Shown: piece after piece, positions 1-13,659 of the stretch
How positions within the stretch are numbered: position 1 is the stretch's first letter
How the letters are laid out: every line of letters begins with the position of its first letter
Source of the DNA: the human T2T-CHM13v2.0 reference genome, Homo sapiens
Assembly: GCF_009914755.1 (NCBI RefSeq)
Contig: NC_060947.1
Length of the DNA stretch: 64,000 nt
Strand: one strand, 5' to 3'
Made by a program: the position numbers and the translations under genes
Notes under the pieces: model-generated
The model's input: the letters and a program-made list of their open reading frames with translations, nothing else
Database searches by the model: none
Told to the model about the DNA's origin: nothing

Positions 1-224
1 CCTGGAGCTAGAGAGGGCAAACTCAATTTTGGTCTAGTAAAGGGAAGTTGGGGAATTGAAATGCTGTAGTTTAAATTTGTTTATGGCAAGGCCTCACTTC
101 TCTAGGATAAATTCCTAGAGTGAAATTTTTAGTGAAACTTCTGGGTCAAGGAATCTGTGAAGTTTAAATGTTGATATATAATGCCTGCCTTCCAAAGTAA
201 CAATTTCAAAATCCTAATAAGTTT

Positions 225-622
225 TGTTAAAGTAAATTAAAATGGAGTCCAGGCCTAAAAAATCCCTACATAGACAAAGCTAGTTAGGTCTCATCAGTGA
301 TCCTAACCTTGCTTGATTCACAAATGTAAGAGGAACTTGGACAATTTCTTATGATGGCCTATATCAAAGAAAAATGAAACCTAAGCTCTACCAATCAGAA
401 GTCTACAACTAACCTATCTAAGGGAACTTTACAGCAGTAGAGGCCAAATAAGGCAACTGTAAAACTAATGAATCAAATATTTTCTTTGCTTTAGTTTATG
501 TTTATCTTTTAAAATTTTCCCTTTGTGTTCTCTCAGCAGAGACCCTGAAGCACTTCTGGTTTGGACCTGCCCAATAGCTGTTTTCTCTATAAACTCTGTA
601 AAGTTGTATTGTGCCTGAGACA
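225..622 (+). mobile_element. ERV1 (MER4-group, LTR54/MER57-like) solo LTR
   Basis: Starts TGTTAAAGTAAATTAAAATGGAG and ends ...CA; CCAAT motif (ccaatcagaa); interrupts the L1 fragment. Confidence 0.6.
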
Positions 623-772
623 GATGGTATGAACATACTTGTTCCCTCACACCCTCACCAACACTATATTTCTCAAACATTTTAATCCTTGCAAATATGA
701 AAAATTATTTATTTAAATTCACCTTTCTTTGATTGTGGGTGAAGCTTAATATCACTTAACAGTTATAAACCA

Positions 773-1010
773 CGAGAAGCAATATAGTATGTTGGCTAAA
801 AGCATATCATATCTTAACTCCCCGATGAAGCTGGAAAACATTACTTAACTTCTCCATCCATGCCTTAGTTTCTTCATCTTTACAATTGGAAAAATTATAA
901 TATACACCTCAAAGGGTAGTTTAAGAATAGAAGAAATTAATCATGCATATGTAAAATTCTTAGAAGATCCCTGACATGAGGCGAATGATCTTTAAATATT
1001 ATTTATTATT
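773..1010 (+). mobile_element. MIR SINE
   Basis: Core motif ttacttaacttctc...gccttagtttcttcatctttacaattgg. Confidence 0.75.
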
Positions 1011-2335
1011 TTAAAAAATCAACTACCTGTCCACATATATTCCCCTTTTTCTATTTTTTTAATTAAAATATTTTATCTGTCATGAATATCACTTATTTCC
1101 TCCATTCTGTAATTTGACCTTTATTTTTGATTATGGTATATACATTTTGAGTTTTACATTGACATTTACATTTTTGATCCATTTTGTATTTATTTTGGCG
1201 TAAGACACTTGTTAAATACATAGCTGTATTTTTTCTCACAAAGGCAGTCAGCTCTTCCAACATAATTTATTTGACATTCCACCATTTATCCACTGATTTT
1301 AATTAACATGTCCGAGACTAAATACCTGTGCCATTTACATTTATTTCTGTACCCTCTCTTGTGTTTCACCACTGTGTCCGTCCCTTAATCACAGTATAAA
1401 AATGTTTTAATTACTGTAGCTTTATGATACATTTTAGATAAGGTAAGTTTAGCCTTTACTATCCTGGGTATTTTCTTGGGTATAATCATGTACTTTTTTT
1501 TAACCTGCAGAACCAGCTTACCTAGTTCCAAAAATATGCTCTCAGTATTTGTATTGAGATTCTTTTAGGAGATTTTATTTCCTGTTCATAAACAAGACAT
1601 ATCGTTAAATTTATTTATATTTATCCACAAACAAGGTATATATTGATTAAGTTATTTTTATGTTTTTAATAGGACTTAAACTTTTCTTCCTTGTGCACTT
1701 GTTATTTTTCCTAGAAGTTTTATCTTTTGCTTTTTAATTGCCTACATAGCTATGTGTATATTCCTTTTCTCATTCCTTACTTTGCATATTTGATATTTTT
1801 GTATAATATACTTGACTAGGCTAGCGAGAGCATTATACATTTTACTGGAATTTTCACAGAACTACATATTATAGTACTTATTGTTTTTTTCTGCTCTCTA
1901 AATCATATGTTTATGATTTAATCTTTTCTAAGTATTTCTGTTTTCCTTGGATCTGTTTTGTCTTTTGTTTGCTCTTTTGAGTTCGGGTCTAGGTAATATG
2001 TTGTTACTCTTAATAGTTAATACAAAGAGCATTTATAAATATAAATTATTGTAAGTATAGCTTGTAAGTAGTATTTTTTCTTTTCCCCTTTGAGCAATAA
2101 GTTATTTAAAAGTTTATTATTTTCATAATTCAATTTTCTAGAATTTTTGTTTATTTTCATTTTTATTGCTTTGTGGTCAGATAATGTGATCTGTATATTT
2201 TGTGTTTTAGGAAAATAGTCATAGTCTAATCAATCAGAAAGAAGTTGCACTTTTATTCTGTAAGGTACAATGTTCTATATCTAATAAATAATCTTATTAG
2301 TGTTCTTATTTATATTATTTACTCTTGTTTAATTC

Positions 2336-2624
2336 TTTTTTTTTATGAGACAGACTCTCACCATGTTGCCTAGGCTACAGTGCAGTTGTCATAGCTCATG
2401 GCAGCCTTGAGCCCCTGGACTCAAGTGATTCCCCAGCCTCAGCCTCATGAGTAGCTCAAACTACAGGCACAATACATCACACTGGCGAATTTTTAAAAAT
2501 TTTTTGTAGAGACAGGGTCCCGCTGTGTTGCCAAGGCTGGACTCAAATTCCTGGCCTCAAGCAATCCTCTTTCCTTGGTCTCCCAAAGTGCCGAGATTAC
2601 AGGCAAGAGCAACCACACCCAGCC
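2336..2624 (-). mobile_element. AluJ
   Basis: Dimeric Alu with J-type motifs (catagctca, gcagccttga, ctcaag); TSD ttgtttaattct / ttgtttatttct. Confidence 0.9.
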
Positions 2625-2971
2625 TTGTTTATTTCTTGTGCATTTGAGAGACGTGATTTAAAAATCTGATTCTACCATGTACTGTTTTGTAGCATTGGGC
2701 AAATTACATAATCTTTTTCTAACTCATTATTAAATTGAGCCCAGCTCATGTTATGTTTGAAGGTTATGAAGGCCGCAGAGTTTAATGTACATTGTGTATA
2801 CATCATATAAAGTGTTTTGCATGCTGCTTAAAACACAGTAAATAATTTTATCTAAAAATTATTTGCTCATCTTTTTTGTCACTGTCTTATTTTGATTTTT
2901 AACCCAATGTGAAGATCTTTGTTCTTTAATAGATTAATTTTTTTCAGTGTTATTTTCATTTTAATGGACTC

Positions 2972-3010
2972 CTCCTTCCTTCCTTCCTTCTTTCCTTCCT
3001 TCCTTCCTTC
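2972..3010. repeat. (TTCC)n microsatellite
   Basis: Imperfect ttcc array visible. Confidence 0.85.
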
Positions 3011-3460
3011 TGAAACTCATTTTCTCTTTATACTATTTTCTATATTTTACCACATAGAATATGTTGTGTATCTTGTCCAAGATCACACAGCACATGGTAG
3101 ATTCAGGATTTCAATCCATGTCTTCCTGAATACAAATCCCACACTATTTCCAAAAGTCCAAATAGCTTCATAATAATAATGACTTCTTAGAGTTATAAGG
3201 AGGAACAAATAAAATTAGGTTTGCAAGTGGCCTAGCACAGTGCCGTGTTTGTTTCTTCTTTCTTCTCTTTTTTTACTATTGTGCCCTACAATGACAACCC
3301 ATAGTTTTAAGAGCCTCTCTAAGGTATAGCATGGTGAACAATGCCACTGCTTTTCAATTCTCTTTCTTGACCCCAGAGTTTTCAGCGATAGCCTATCACT
3401 TAACAAATACAGATGGGAAATTAGTTCATCCCTGAATTATAAATTTCTTTGTTTTTATTG

Positions 3461-3644
3461 CCATATTTCATCAATTCTGAAATGCGTATTTTTTAGATTT
3501 TAATAGCTTTTATATTAGAATGGACCTTATAATTAGTGGTGTCTTACAACTACAATTGGAAGTGTTTTTCCTTTCTTTCTTAGTGGCACTTTGAATGATA
3601 ATGTGTTTTAGAATCAATGTCTGTTTAGATTCAATGAAATATGA
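3461..3644. mobile_element. TcMar-Tc2 MITE (MER104/Kanga-like)
   Basis: Terminal inverted repeats ccatatttcatcaattct ... agattcaatgaaatatga. Confidence 0.65.
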
Positions 3645-4699
3645 TATGAACAAGTCAATACATTATAGATATGTAACATATTTTATGAAGTTTAGCCCCT
3701 CTCTAGAAGATATCTTAAAATTATATAAATAAAATTATGTGTGAAATCATTTTATTGGTGAGGAAACTGAGACCTTTTTTCTACGTTCATACAGTCTCTG
3801 ACTGTCTCTTCTGAGCATTGCTGAATTTAATTATTTCCTGTCCCTACTTACTGACACTTTTTCATTCATTTCTCTCTATCTCATACATGAATTCAGTCCA
3901 CCACTTACTTTTATATTATTTCCTGTCAATTCTATTAGTATATGGATTTCTAGTCTATCCCGAATGAATATTTACAAAGCTTCTTCATAAAGTACAAAGG
4001 GGCATACAAAATTAACATAATGACAGACAGAAAGTCATTAATCACATTTTTATTTTTTATGCTTCTGACCTTTTCAATCTCCTTAGCACATATTCAAAAC
4101 TCTCTGAACATAGTAGGTGCTCAGTAAAATCTTGTCAATAAGAAGCCAGGATCTATAGCTACTTTTCTCTCTCCCTGCTAAACTAATGACAGAAAGCAGT
4201 ACCAAGCATAGTGTGCGTAGCACACCTTAGTCATCCAATAAATGATAATTACTCTAGTTTCTCTTCATATCGCATAAATCTTTCACCTTTTACCAATAAA
4301 TGATAATTCCTTTCTTTCATTTTCTAAGCAACTTTATCTATATAACAGTTTATAGCTATGGACTCAGGACTAATATTGGCTTCCACCTTAGTGGTGCATA
4401 TAAAAAGAGTCCTTGGTCAGATACTTTATATATACATCAGATTTATAACTTCCTGACTTATAGAATATTAGAATAAGAAGAGAATATGAAAGATCATTTG
4501 GTCCAATGTCCTCACTGTATAGGTGCTTATATCTTGATCTAATTAGCCCATTTTTCTTAATTCCAGTTATTCAGCATTTAGAAATCCCACTTCTCCCAAA
4601 CCACATGAAATTCTATGGTACTCAATTTCCTAACCTCGAAAGCGTGACTTTTCTGTTTTACAAACATTGACTGAATACCTGTATCAGTGTGTTATAGAA

Positions 4700-4870
4700 G
4701 ATAAAACAACAGGTTCTGGCCTTAAGAAGAACTGTATAACTTTTGGCAAGGAAGATAACCTCTCAGAGTATCCGTTCCCTACTCTGAAAAATTAGTATAA
4801 CAACACCCCTCTCTTGTGGTTGTTACAAGCTCACAGTTGTAAAACAAATCACAGGCTGCTAGCAATAAAT
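4700..4870 (+). mobile_element. MIR fragment
   Basis: Decayed MIR core (ttggcaag...aacctctc...ctctgaaaaattag). Confidence 0.5.
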
Positions 4871-5242
4871 GCACATTTGCACTCTACTCCTCTTCCCCCT
4901 AAACTCCAGGCTTTTCTGAGCTCTAGCTAACTGTTTAATTTTTTTTTTTCTCTCCTTATATGTTAGTCAAAGTCTCTAACAACGACTGGTTTGGAGCACT
5001 GTCTTCTGCTTTCTATCAGGTAATCACAGAGGGCGATTGTACTGTGGGAGAAAAGCCTTGAAGTAATGCTACCAAGTGAGGTGTGCCAATATTAGTTTTG
5101 GAGTGACTGAGGAAGTGAGAGATAAGGATGCAGTTGGGAAATAACAGACTCCTTATAAGTAGCATTATTGTAGCCAAAACACTATTGCATTCAAAGCCAC
5201 TTGTTTACTTATTCTTCCATTTGCCACTTCATAGGTTTAAAA

Positions 5243-5701
5243 CAGCAGTTTTCACATTGTGTTCTGAGAATGCATGGGGGTCTCTGAAGCCTTTTCAGGG
5301 GATCTGCAATGTCATTCCTTTTCCACATACATATCTATGTGAGGCTGAATTTTCTTCATATACTTCAACCAAACAACTGATTGAATGCAACAGCTGATAC
5401 AAAAATCCAGCTGTCTATATAAAAAAGAGTAGCAAAAATGTGAAACAATGTCATTCTTTCCACTTTTTTCAGTTTTTAAAGTATAGTCACATTTCATGAA
5501 AAAGTAATTTATATTAATATAATAGGTTTATTTTTTAAGTGAATTAAGAAATAAATATCTTTTGAAAATTTCCGAGTTTAAATTTCTAATATGGCAAATA
5601 TTTATAGATATAAACCACATAAAACCAAAAGAGCATTTTAGAGTTCTCAATAATTTTTAAAGTATAAAGAGGTCCTGAGACCGAAATATTGAGAACCGCT
5701 T
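5243..5701. mobile_element. hAT-Charlie (Charlie1-family) non-autonomous DNA transposon
   Basis: cagcagttttcac start; gaatgcaacagctgata...atccagctgtct internal motif; ggtcctgagacc...gagaaccgct end. Confidence 0.75.
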
Positions 5702-5759
5702 GTCTAGATGAAATAAATTAACTTATAACATTACAGATCTTTCACAAATTCCTCTATAA

Positions 5760-5978
5760 CAGGGATCAGCAAACTACTGACCACAGGCCAAATACAGACT
5801 TCCCTTTGTTTTCGTAAATAAAGTCTAATTGAAACACAATCACAGCCATTTTTTATATATTGTTTATGGCTGCTTCAGTGCTATAATGGTAGAGTTGCAT
5901 CATTGAGACAGACTATACTGACATAGAGATGAAAATATTTACTATCTGGCTCCTTACAGAAAAAGTTTGCCGATCCTT
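5760..5978 (+). mobile_element. MER58A hAT-Charlie MITE
   Basis: TIRs cagggatcagcaaact / agtttgccgatcctt; perfect 8-bp TSD ctctataa (5752-5759, 5979-5986). Confidence 0.9.
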
Positions 5979-6433
5979 CTCTATAATATAGAATAGCTGT
6001 GTCCAATTATTTAAAGTAAGATGCATTTCTCTTATTTGATTCAAATATTCCTGTTACCAATACATCCCAAATCAATCCTGATAATCAGCGGAGAAATAGA
6101 TGACATATCTGTATTGCACATAACTGCTCAGTAAATATTTATCAAAAATCCACCAAGTTCCAGGTATTATGCTTAGAAATGGGGATATAATGTTGAATAA
6201 TACAGACATTGACTTATTTTTGTGGAAGTTATATCATGTTTATTCAGGCTCAATTTTTCTTTGTTTCTTAAGATTAAACACCTCCTAACTTGAATACACC
6301 ACGGATTTATAAAACTTATCTAGAATAGAGACATAGGCAACTGTCAGAAGTATGCAGCTTTTCTCATATTTGAGAATGCCCGTTCAAATAGAAGTCCAAA
6401 AGTTATTAAATTTGAATTTGAAGAACATATGAC

Positions 6434-7543
6434 TTTTTTTAATTTTTAATTTTAATTTTTGTGAGTACATAGTAGATACATATATTTCTCAGATACATTA
6501 CATGGTTTCATACAGGCATCCAATATGAAATAAGCACATCATGGAGAATGGGGTGTTAAGCCCCTCAAGCATTTATCCTTTGAGTTACAAACAATCCAGT
6601 TACACTCTTTAAGTTATTTAAAAATGTACAGTTAAGTTATTATTGACTATAGTAACCCTCTTGTGCTATTAATTACTAGGTCTTATTGATTATTTCTAAG
6701 TATCTTTTGTACCATTAACCATCCCCACGTCCCCCTCACACCTCCCCACTACCTTTCTCCAGTCTCTGGTAACCATCCTTCTACTCTTTATGTACATGAG
6801 TTCAATTGTTTTGATTTTTAGATCCCACAAATAAGTAAGAACATTCTGTACCTGGCTTATTTCACATAGCATAGTGACCTCCAGTTAAATTCATGTTGTT
6901 GCAAATGACAGTATCTCATTCTTTTTTATGGGTGAATAGTACTCCATTGTGTATAAGTACTATAATTTCTTTATTCATTAATCTGCACAACAAAGGAAAC
7001 AATCCATAAAAGTGAAGAGACAGCCCACAGAATGGGAGAAAATATTTTCAAACTACACATCTGACAAGGGATTAACAATCAGAATATATAAGGAGCTCAA
7101 ATGACTCTATAGGAAAACATCTATAATCCAGTCAATAAATGGGCAAAAGATTTGAATATATATTTCTCAAAAGAAGACATACAAATGGCAAACAGGTACA
7201 TCAAAACGTGCTCAACATCACTGGTCATCTGAGAAATGCAAATCAAAACCACAATGTGATGTTATCTCACCCCAGTTAACATCCTTATATTCAAAAGACA
7301 GGTAATAACAAATGCTGGTGAGAAAAGGCAACACTTGTACACTGTTGGTGAGAATGTAAATTAGTACAACCACTATGAAGAACAGTCTGGAGGTTCCTCA
7401 AAATCTAAAAATTGAGCTGCCATATGATCAAGCAATCCCACTGCTGGGTATATACTCAAAAGAAAGGAAATCAGTATATTGGAGCGATATCGGAACTCCC
7501 ATGTTTGTTGCAGCACTGTTTACAACAGCCAAAATTTGGAAGC
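6434..7543 (-). mobile_element. L1MA-type LINE 3' end with 5' inversion (minus 6434-~6985; inverted plus part ~6983-7543)
   Basis: Poly-T plus antisense 3'UTR, then sense ORF2 C-terminus (ORF 7375-7605 [18 protein letters not shown]); TSD aacatat(g/a)ac at 6424 and 7544. Confidence 0.88.
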
Positions 7544-7876
7544 AACATATAACATTTAGATCAATTGGGGATGAGAAGGAAACATGTGCTAGGAGGATTC
7601 AGTAATATCCATTTATTAGTTCAACAAGGATTTATTACAAAACTATTATGTACTGGACTGTGTCTTGATATATGACTCCCATCCTCTATGCCCACCAAGT
7701 AATTACTGTTCATCATGTCATGATTATAATAAGAGAGAAAGGATTATTTTTATTATTATATTGGGATGCTATTATTTCTGAATATTAGCTCTTCAATAAG
7801 CTGCGTAGATTGCCATGGAAAAAATATGGTTAGTTTTTTTACTTACTCAGTGGTCAGAATAAGAGGACAATGATTT

Positions 7877-8220
7877 CTTAAAAATTATTTTAGATTTGGG
7901 CATACATGTGATGATTTGTTACATATATAAACGTGTCATGGGGGTTTGTTATACATATTATTTTATCACCCAGGTACTAAGCTCATTACCTAATAATTAT
8001 CTTTTCTGCTCCTCTCTCTCCTCCCATTCTCCCCCTTCAAATAGATCCCAGTTTCTGTGGTTTCCTTCTTTGTGTTCATAAGTTCTTAGCATTTAGGTCT
8101 CACTTATAAGTGAGAACATGCAGTATTTGGTTTTCTGTTCCTGAGGTAATTTGCTAAGGATAATAGCCTCCAGCTCCATCCACACTCCCGCAAAGGACAT
8201 GATCTCATTCTTTTTTATGA
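7877..8220 (-). mobile_element. 5'-truncated L1 (L1PA15/16-like) 3' end
   Basis: Antisense 3'UTR (cacttataagtgagaacatgcagtatttgg); TSD aggacaat(g/t)attt. Confidence 0.88.
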
Positions 8221-8609
8221 AGGACAATTATTTTATTTTATATCTCATTTCTTGAATTTCAAAGCTGGGCTTCAGTTACAGAAAAACACCATATAGCCAG
8301 AGGTATTTAGAGTTAGAAGAGATTCAACTTATTCAAATATGAAATTGAGGAGCTGAGAGGTTAAGTGGTTTCCCTAAGATGACATAGCTAGTTTGTGGAA
8401 GACTGGGAACTAGAACCCCAGACATTGGCTTTTTCCATTGAGCCACACTACTCTCTGTCTTTTCTAAAGTGTTTGCTGTGAAGGAGACACAAATATTACA
8501 TGTTATCTACTGTCTTGCTAGGACAAAAACATGAAATTAAAATCCATTCATGATGAGATCATGTCTCTGAAGGATTCAGAATAATTATTTGGTATAGTCA
8601 TTTATATGG

Positions 8610-9004
8610 TGTATTAGTCCATTCTCATGCTGCTATAAGGACATACTCAAGACTGGGTAATTTATAAAGGAAAGAGGTTTAATTGACTCACAGTTCCACG
8701 TGGCTAGGGAGGCTTCAGGAAACTTACAATCATGGTGGAAGGGGAAGCAAACACATCCTTCTTCACAAGGCAGCAGGAGAGAGAAGAATGAGTCCCCAGT
8801 GAAGGGCACTCATTTTATAAGGGGGAAGTCCCTTATAGAAACATCAGATCTTGTGAGAACTCACTCACTATCACAAGAACAGCATGGCAGAAACCACCCC
8901 CCTGATTCAATTTATCTGCACCTGGTCCCTCCCATGACACGTGGGGGTTATGGGAACTACAATTCAAGATGAGATTTGGGTGAAAACACTGTCAGACCAT
9001 ATCA
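8610..9004 (-). mobile_element. MaLR solo LTR (THE1D/MSTA-like)
   Basis: tgtattagtccattctcatgctgct ... ccatatca; perfect 5-bp TSD tatgg. Confidence 0.92.
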
Positions 9005-9199
9005 TATGGGAAGTTCATTCCCAGAGCAATGACAAGGAGAGGCAAAAGTAATAATTGTTTTATGGATTGGAATAATTGAAGGAAGAAAGGTGAGGCAAGC
9101 AGGAGCTATGTTACTAAAAAAAAAAAAAAGAACCGTGAGCAAATGACCAGTAAATCAGCTAGCTGTAACACTCTCTTTTTGTGTTTTTAACTAGTAAAG

Positions 9200-9390
9200 C
9201 AGTTTGAGTTGTGACTTTGGGGAAATGCCTTAATATCTCTAAGCTTCAGGTGTATGTAAAAATGAATCTAAGTAGATAATCCTACCCCACAGAACTATTG
9301 CAAGGATTAAATATGATAATTGCAAAACACTTAACATAGTTCCTGGCATAGAGTGAGTACTCATTTAAAGATGAATATTATAACTAGTGT
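9200..9390 (+). mobile_element. MIR
   Basis: gtgactttggg...ttaatatctctaagcttcag...aggattaaatatgataat...cctggcatagagtgagtactca. Confidence 0.7.
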
Positions 9391-10119
9391 GAATTAATTT
9401 TGTTGTGATCACTTTTAGTGATCCGTATATAATTAGGTTTATATATAAAGATATCTCAGCACTCTGGCACAATCCAGGTATTCTAAGATTGTCTGCATCT
9501 TTGTTTTTTTAATACAAAGCGACTGGAATCTACATGAAGTATTGCAAGGGATCCTGGGAAGAGGGCACACTGACAAATGGATTCGACCATGTGGTCTCAA
9601 TCACAAGTTGATGCTAACTAATAAATCCAGCTTTTAGATTTTGCTTATATGGAAAAATAATAAATTATATAGGAATTTATAAATAAGCAGCATACGATCT
9701 CCATGATTTTTACTGCAAGAATAAAAGTTGCTTTGTAGTATAAGCATTTTTTTTTGTGCCCCTGGACACAGACAAAAATATATGGTTATGGGTTGGGAAT
9801 AATGATGTTGGAGTGGACTTTTATTGACTAGAATTTCTTGCCCAATTTGTGGACTTCTAGACATGCATATAAGACCTGTTCCACTGAGCAATAATTTTCT
9901 CACCTCCCCAAAAATCAATGAAGAGGCTTCAAGACACACATTTATGGTGACCTCTAACAACTGGATAACTAGGAAAATTATCCAACTGCTTCTTATTTCA
10001 AGGTCCATTGATATTCTAACAAACATTTATTAAGTCCTACCTATTAAGTGTCTACTACTGTGTTGAGCACTGGAGAATGATAAGACCCAGTTATTGTCCT
10101 GAAAGTCATCAAATAATTT

Positions 10120-10345
10120 ATTTTTTCATTTCTATAATAGCTTTATTGAGATATAATTTATACACCATAAAATTCACCCTTTTAAAATGTACAATTCAGT
10201 AATTTTTAATTTATTCACATACTTGTACAACTATTACAACTCTCTAATTTTAGAACATCAACTTATAAAGAAACTCTATCCCTATTAGCAGTCACTCCCT
10301 ACTTTCCTTTCCCCTTATACCTTGGCAACCACTAATATGCTTTCT
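10120..10345 (-). mobile_element. L1MB-type 3' end fragment
   Basis: agctttattgagatataattt...aaattcacccttttaaaatgtacaattcagt. Confidence 0.8.
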
Positions 10346-10359
10346 AAGTCTTATAATCC

Positions 10360-11100
10360 ATTAATTTATTCATTTAAAAATATGTGATGATTGTCTGCTT
10401 TGTGCTTCATGCAAGACATGATGATATAATACTGAACATGATGGAAAAGATTCAGCCCTCGAGGAGGTTGCAACCTAATGGGTGAGACAGACTTAGTTAA
10501 ATAAGTGTATGGTTACAAACAGTGGTGCACATCATGAGTAAAGTGTGCTTTGGTGTCCTGAGAGCACACAGGAGAGAAACCTGACCTAATCTGAGAAGGC
10601 TTTGCTGAAGAATTGACATTTGGTTTAAGATCTAAAGGATAAGTGTTATCCAGAAAAAAGAAAGAAAGGGAATTATTCCATAGAGTAGGGACAACATGTG
10701 CAAAGCCCCATAACAGAATGAATACAGCAGATCTGAGGTGAAAAATAGGTCAATATGGTAGGAATGCAGAGATTAAGGGAGAACATGCTGTGAAATTAGG
10801 CTGGAAAGATAGGCATGAGTAGGGTCACATAGTCCCTTGTAGGCCACATAAAAGAATTTGTACTTTGTTTTCCAGGTGCAGAGGGAAGCCATTCTAGAGT
10901 TTCAAGCAGCAAAGGAGCATAATGTGATGTTTTCTTTTTAAAAATATGATTTGGGATCATGAATAAAGCATGGTTTGCTTGTGGCAAATGTGCAAGGAGG
11001 GATACCAGGTAGGAGGCTGCTTTTTAACTTAAGGAAGAAAGGATAGTGACATTGACTAGGGTGGTAGCAATGGAAGTGGAGAGCAAGAGATGTATTTACT
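10360..11100 (-). mobile_element. L2 LINE
   Basis: Purine-rich antisense L2 3' region (gggaagccattctagagtttcaagcag; ggtggtagcaatggaagtggagag). Confidence 0.75.
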
Positions 11101-12112
11101 ACAAATAATTATTCCATCCCGCTATCTTACCAGGTCTTGTTCCTTCAAAATATTGCTAGAGTTTTCTCATCAAGGAATCCTCTGTTAAGCCTCCCTGGCT
11201 TAATAGTTCTCCCAGCCCTAGGAGGCATTGGCTGCTTCCTGAGGTTACCATATCTGTGATACCTCAGTGTCCTCTTTTGCCTTTTCACTTCTCTAACACA
11301 TTTTTTTAATGGTAATTGTCTTCTGACTGGGCTCTGAGTAATTAATTCAATACACTAAACATTTGGCTTTGAATTTTAACAAGAAGTTTAAAAATGTAAC
11401 CATGTATGTTGTTTGATAAGAATAGTAGCTCTAAGGTTGTCATTATAGATGTTCTGATCTTATTAATTGTAATTTAAGAGGAAAAAGTTTAAAAAACCAA
11501 AATGCCAAAGTCAGGTATAATACCATAGATTTCAGAGGTGGTAGAGAAATAATAATTTAATCCAATTCTCATTACTTTTCAGTGTTTTTTAGGGTAAAAA
11601 AAACCACAAAAAACCCTGAGGTCCAGAGATGTTAATTGACTTGTCAAAGATCACAGAACTAGGTAGTTAGCACAGAGTCAAAATTTTGTCTTTTTTTTTA
11701 ATCTAATGTTTAGTGTAATACACTATGACATATTTAAATGATCTGTGTGGCTCTTTATGTGTTATTGGATAACAGAAAGTTAATCAAGAGTGAACAGAGC
11801 CAGTGATATTTAGATTTATTTAGACTTTCATTACCTGGAACATCAATAGTGCAAAAGGGAAGGGTAGAAACTCGTATCCTTAAAATTTGCAAAAAATGAG
11901 AGTGAACTGATAGAAATAGCTTCCTTAAACTATATTTTATAACTTGCTAACATCGTTATTTTTCAATACAATATATTGACGGTATATATTAGCATGTTCC
12001 AAAAATTTAATTTACATTGAACCATATATATTGACATATAACAAGTTCTAGTTAGTAGTTGAGAAGCTAAAAAGGAGAAGACAAGGGTGGGGACATAAAA
12101 TTGAGCCTGGAA

Positions 12113-12797
12113 GGTGAGGCTGTGGAGAAATAGGAATGCTTTTACACTGTTGGTGGGAATGTAAATAAGTTCAACCATTCTGGAAGACAGTATGGTGATT
12201 CCTCAAAGACCTAGAACCAGAAATAACATTTGACCCAGCAATCTCATTACTGGGTATGTACCCAAAAGAATATAAATCATTCCATTATAAAGAAACAAGC
12301 ACACATGTATGTTAATTGCAGCACTATTCACAATAGCAAAGGCATAGAATCAACCCAAATGCTCATCAATGATAGACTGGATAAAGAAAACGCGGTACAT
12401 ACACACCGTGGAATTCTATGCAGCCATAAAAAGGAACGAGATCATGTCCTTTGTAGGGATATGGATGAAGCTGGAAGTCATTATCCTCAGCAAACTAACA
12501 CAGGAACAGAAATCTAAACACCGCATGTTCTCACTTTTATAAGTGGGAGCTGAACAATAAAAACACATGGACACAGGGAGGGGAACAACTCACACTGGGG
12601 CCTGTTGGGGGTAGGGGGTGGGGAGGAAAAGAGCATCAGGATAAGTATAGCTAATGCTCGTGGGGCTTAACACATAAGTGATGGTTTGACAGGTGCAGCA
12701 AACCACCATGGCACACGTTTGCCTATGTAACAAACCTGCACGTCCTGCACATATGTCCTGGAACTTAAAATAAAATAAAATTAAATTAAAAAAATAA
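12113..12797 (+). mobile_element. 5'-truncated L1PA (about PA8-PA11)
   Basis: ORF2 end, 3'UTR and A-tail; TSD aaaattgagcc(t/a)ggaa at 12097 and 12798. Confidence 0.93.
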
Positions 12798-12937
12798 AAA
12801 ATTGAGCCAGGAATGAAGTTAAAAATAATGCATACCACAAAGTCCTTACACACTGGTGATGGGCGGACCACAGCTTTGACACTAAGCATTCTCAGCATTT
12901 TTGCAAAGAAGGAATATCTAAACTTGATCAGCTGCAT

Positions 12938-13095
12938 CAGTGGTAATCAACTCTGGTTGTGCATTAGAATTACCTGGGGAAACCTAAAATGTTGATTCCC
13001 ATGCTCTAATTAGACAGAATGTATCAGAATCTTTGGGGGTATTTTTAAAAATCTCCCCAGGTAGTTCTAATATGTAGTCAACCATTTAGGTACTT
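12938..13095. mobile_element. MER5-family hAT MITE
   Basis: cagtggt...gcattagaattacctgggga...tcagaatct...ctccccaggtagttctaat. Confidence 0.7.
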
Positions 13096-13659
13096 GGTCC
13101 ACAGTGCCTCACCATCACCCACTTGCCATAAAACAAAAATAAATACATAACATCTAACTAATATTACCTGGAGAAGCACCACTATTCCTGATAGTAAGAT
13201 CAGGGAGAAATATCTCTTCAATCTCCTCTTACAAAAACAAAACATAATAAAACAACTTCAAAATCCCAATGCCTTTATAAAAAAGCACATCAACTTCCAT
13301 AAATATATTTTCTCTCCACTGAGATTTTAATAGATGTTGGGTTTAATAGATGTTGGTTAATTGGTACCTATTCCAAATTACCAATTAAATAGATCTTTAA
13401 ATGACAATTTACTGTTGGCATTCTGTTGTGAAATTTGGCAGCCAAAAGGACGTGCGCCCACTAAGAAGGCCATCATCAGGACCTGGCCTTAATTATTGTG
13501 TTTTTATCCTTGGGTGGTGATAGATTTGCTTTGGGTCACCCACATTCAGATCTTGTTATGGCTAATGCTACATATTTATAAGGCAGCTCACCATGGGCTA
13601 TACTTCCAATCTGTGAATCAAAGAAAAACTATACATAATAGCTAAGCATGGGGACATTG

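Larger units (their letters stand above)
95..2330 (-). mobile_element. Highly decayed old L1 (L1ME-like), fragmented by an LTR and a MIR
   Basis: Antisense L1 3'/ORF2 motifs (ctaggataaattcctagag...gggtcaagg; ccctcaccaacact; ttaattactgtagctttat) in T-rich sequence. Confidence 0.6.

Noticed and set aside
9634-10033. 130-aa minus-strand ORF and overlapping 69-aa plus-strand ORF
   Set aside because: No recognisable domain, no convincing splice-site pair, and it begins in an L2 tail fragment; consistent with chance.
13327-13357. Short tandem duplications of 10-19 bp (also ~17756, ~20343, ~45899, ~52856, ~62054)
   Set aside because: Ordinary slippage duplications with two copies each and no array structure.
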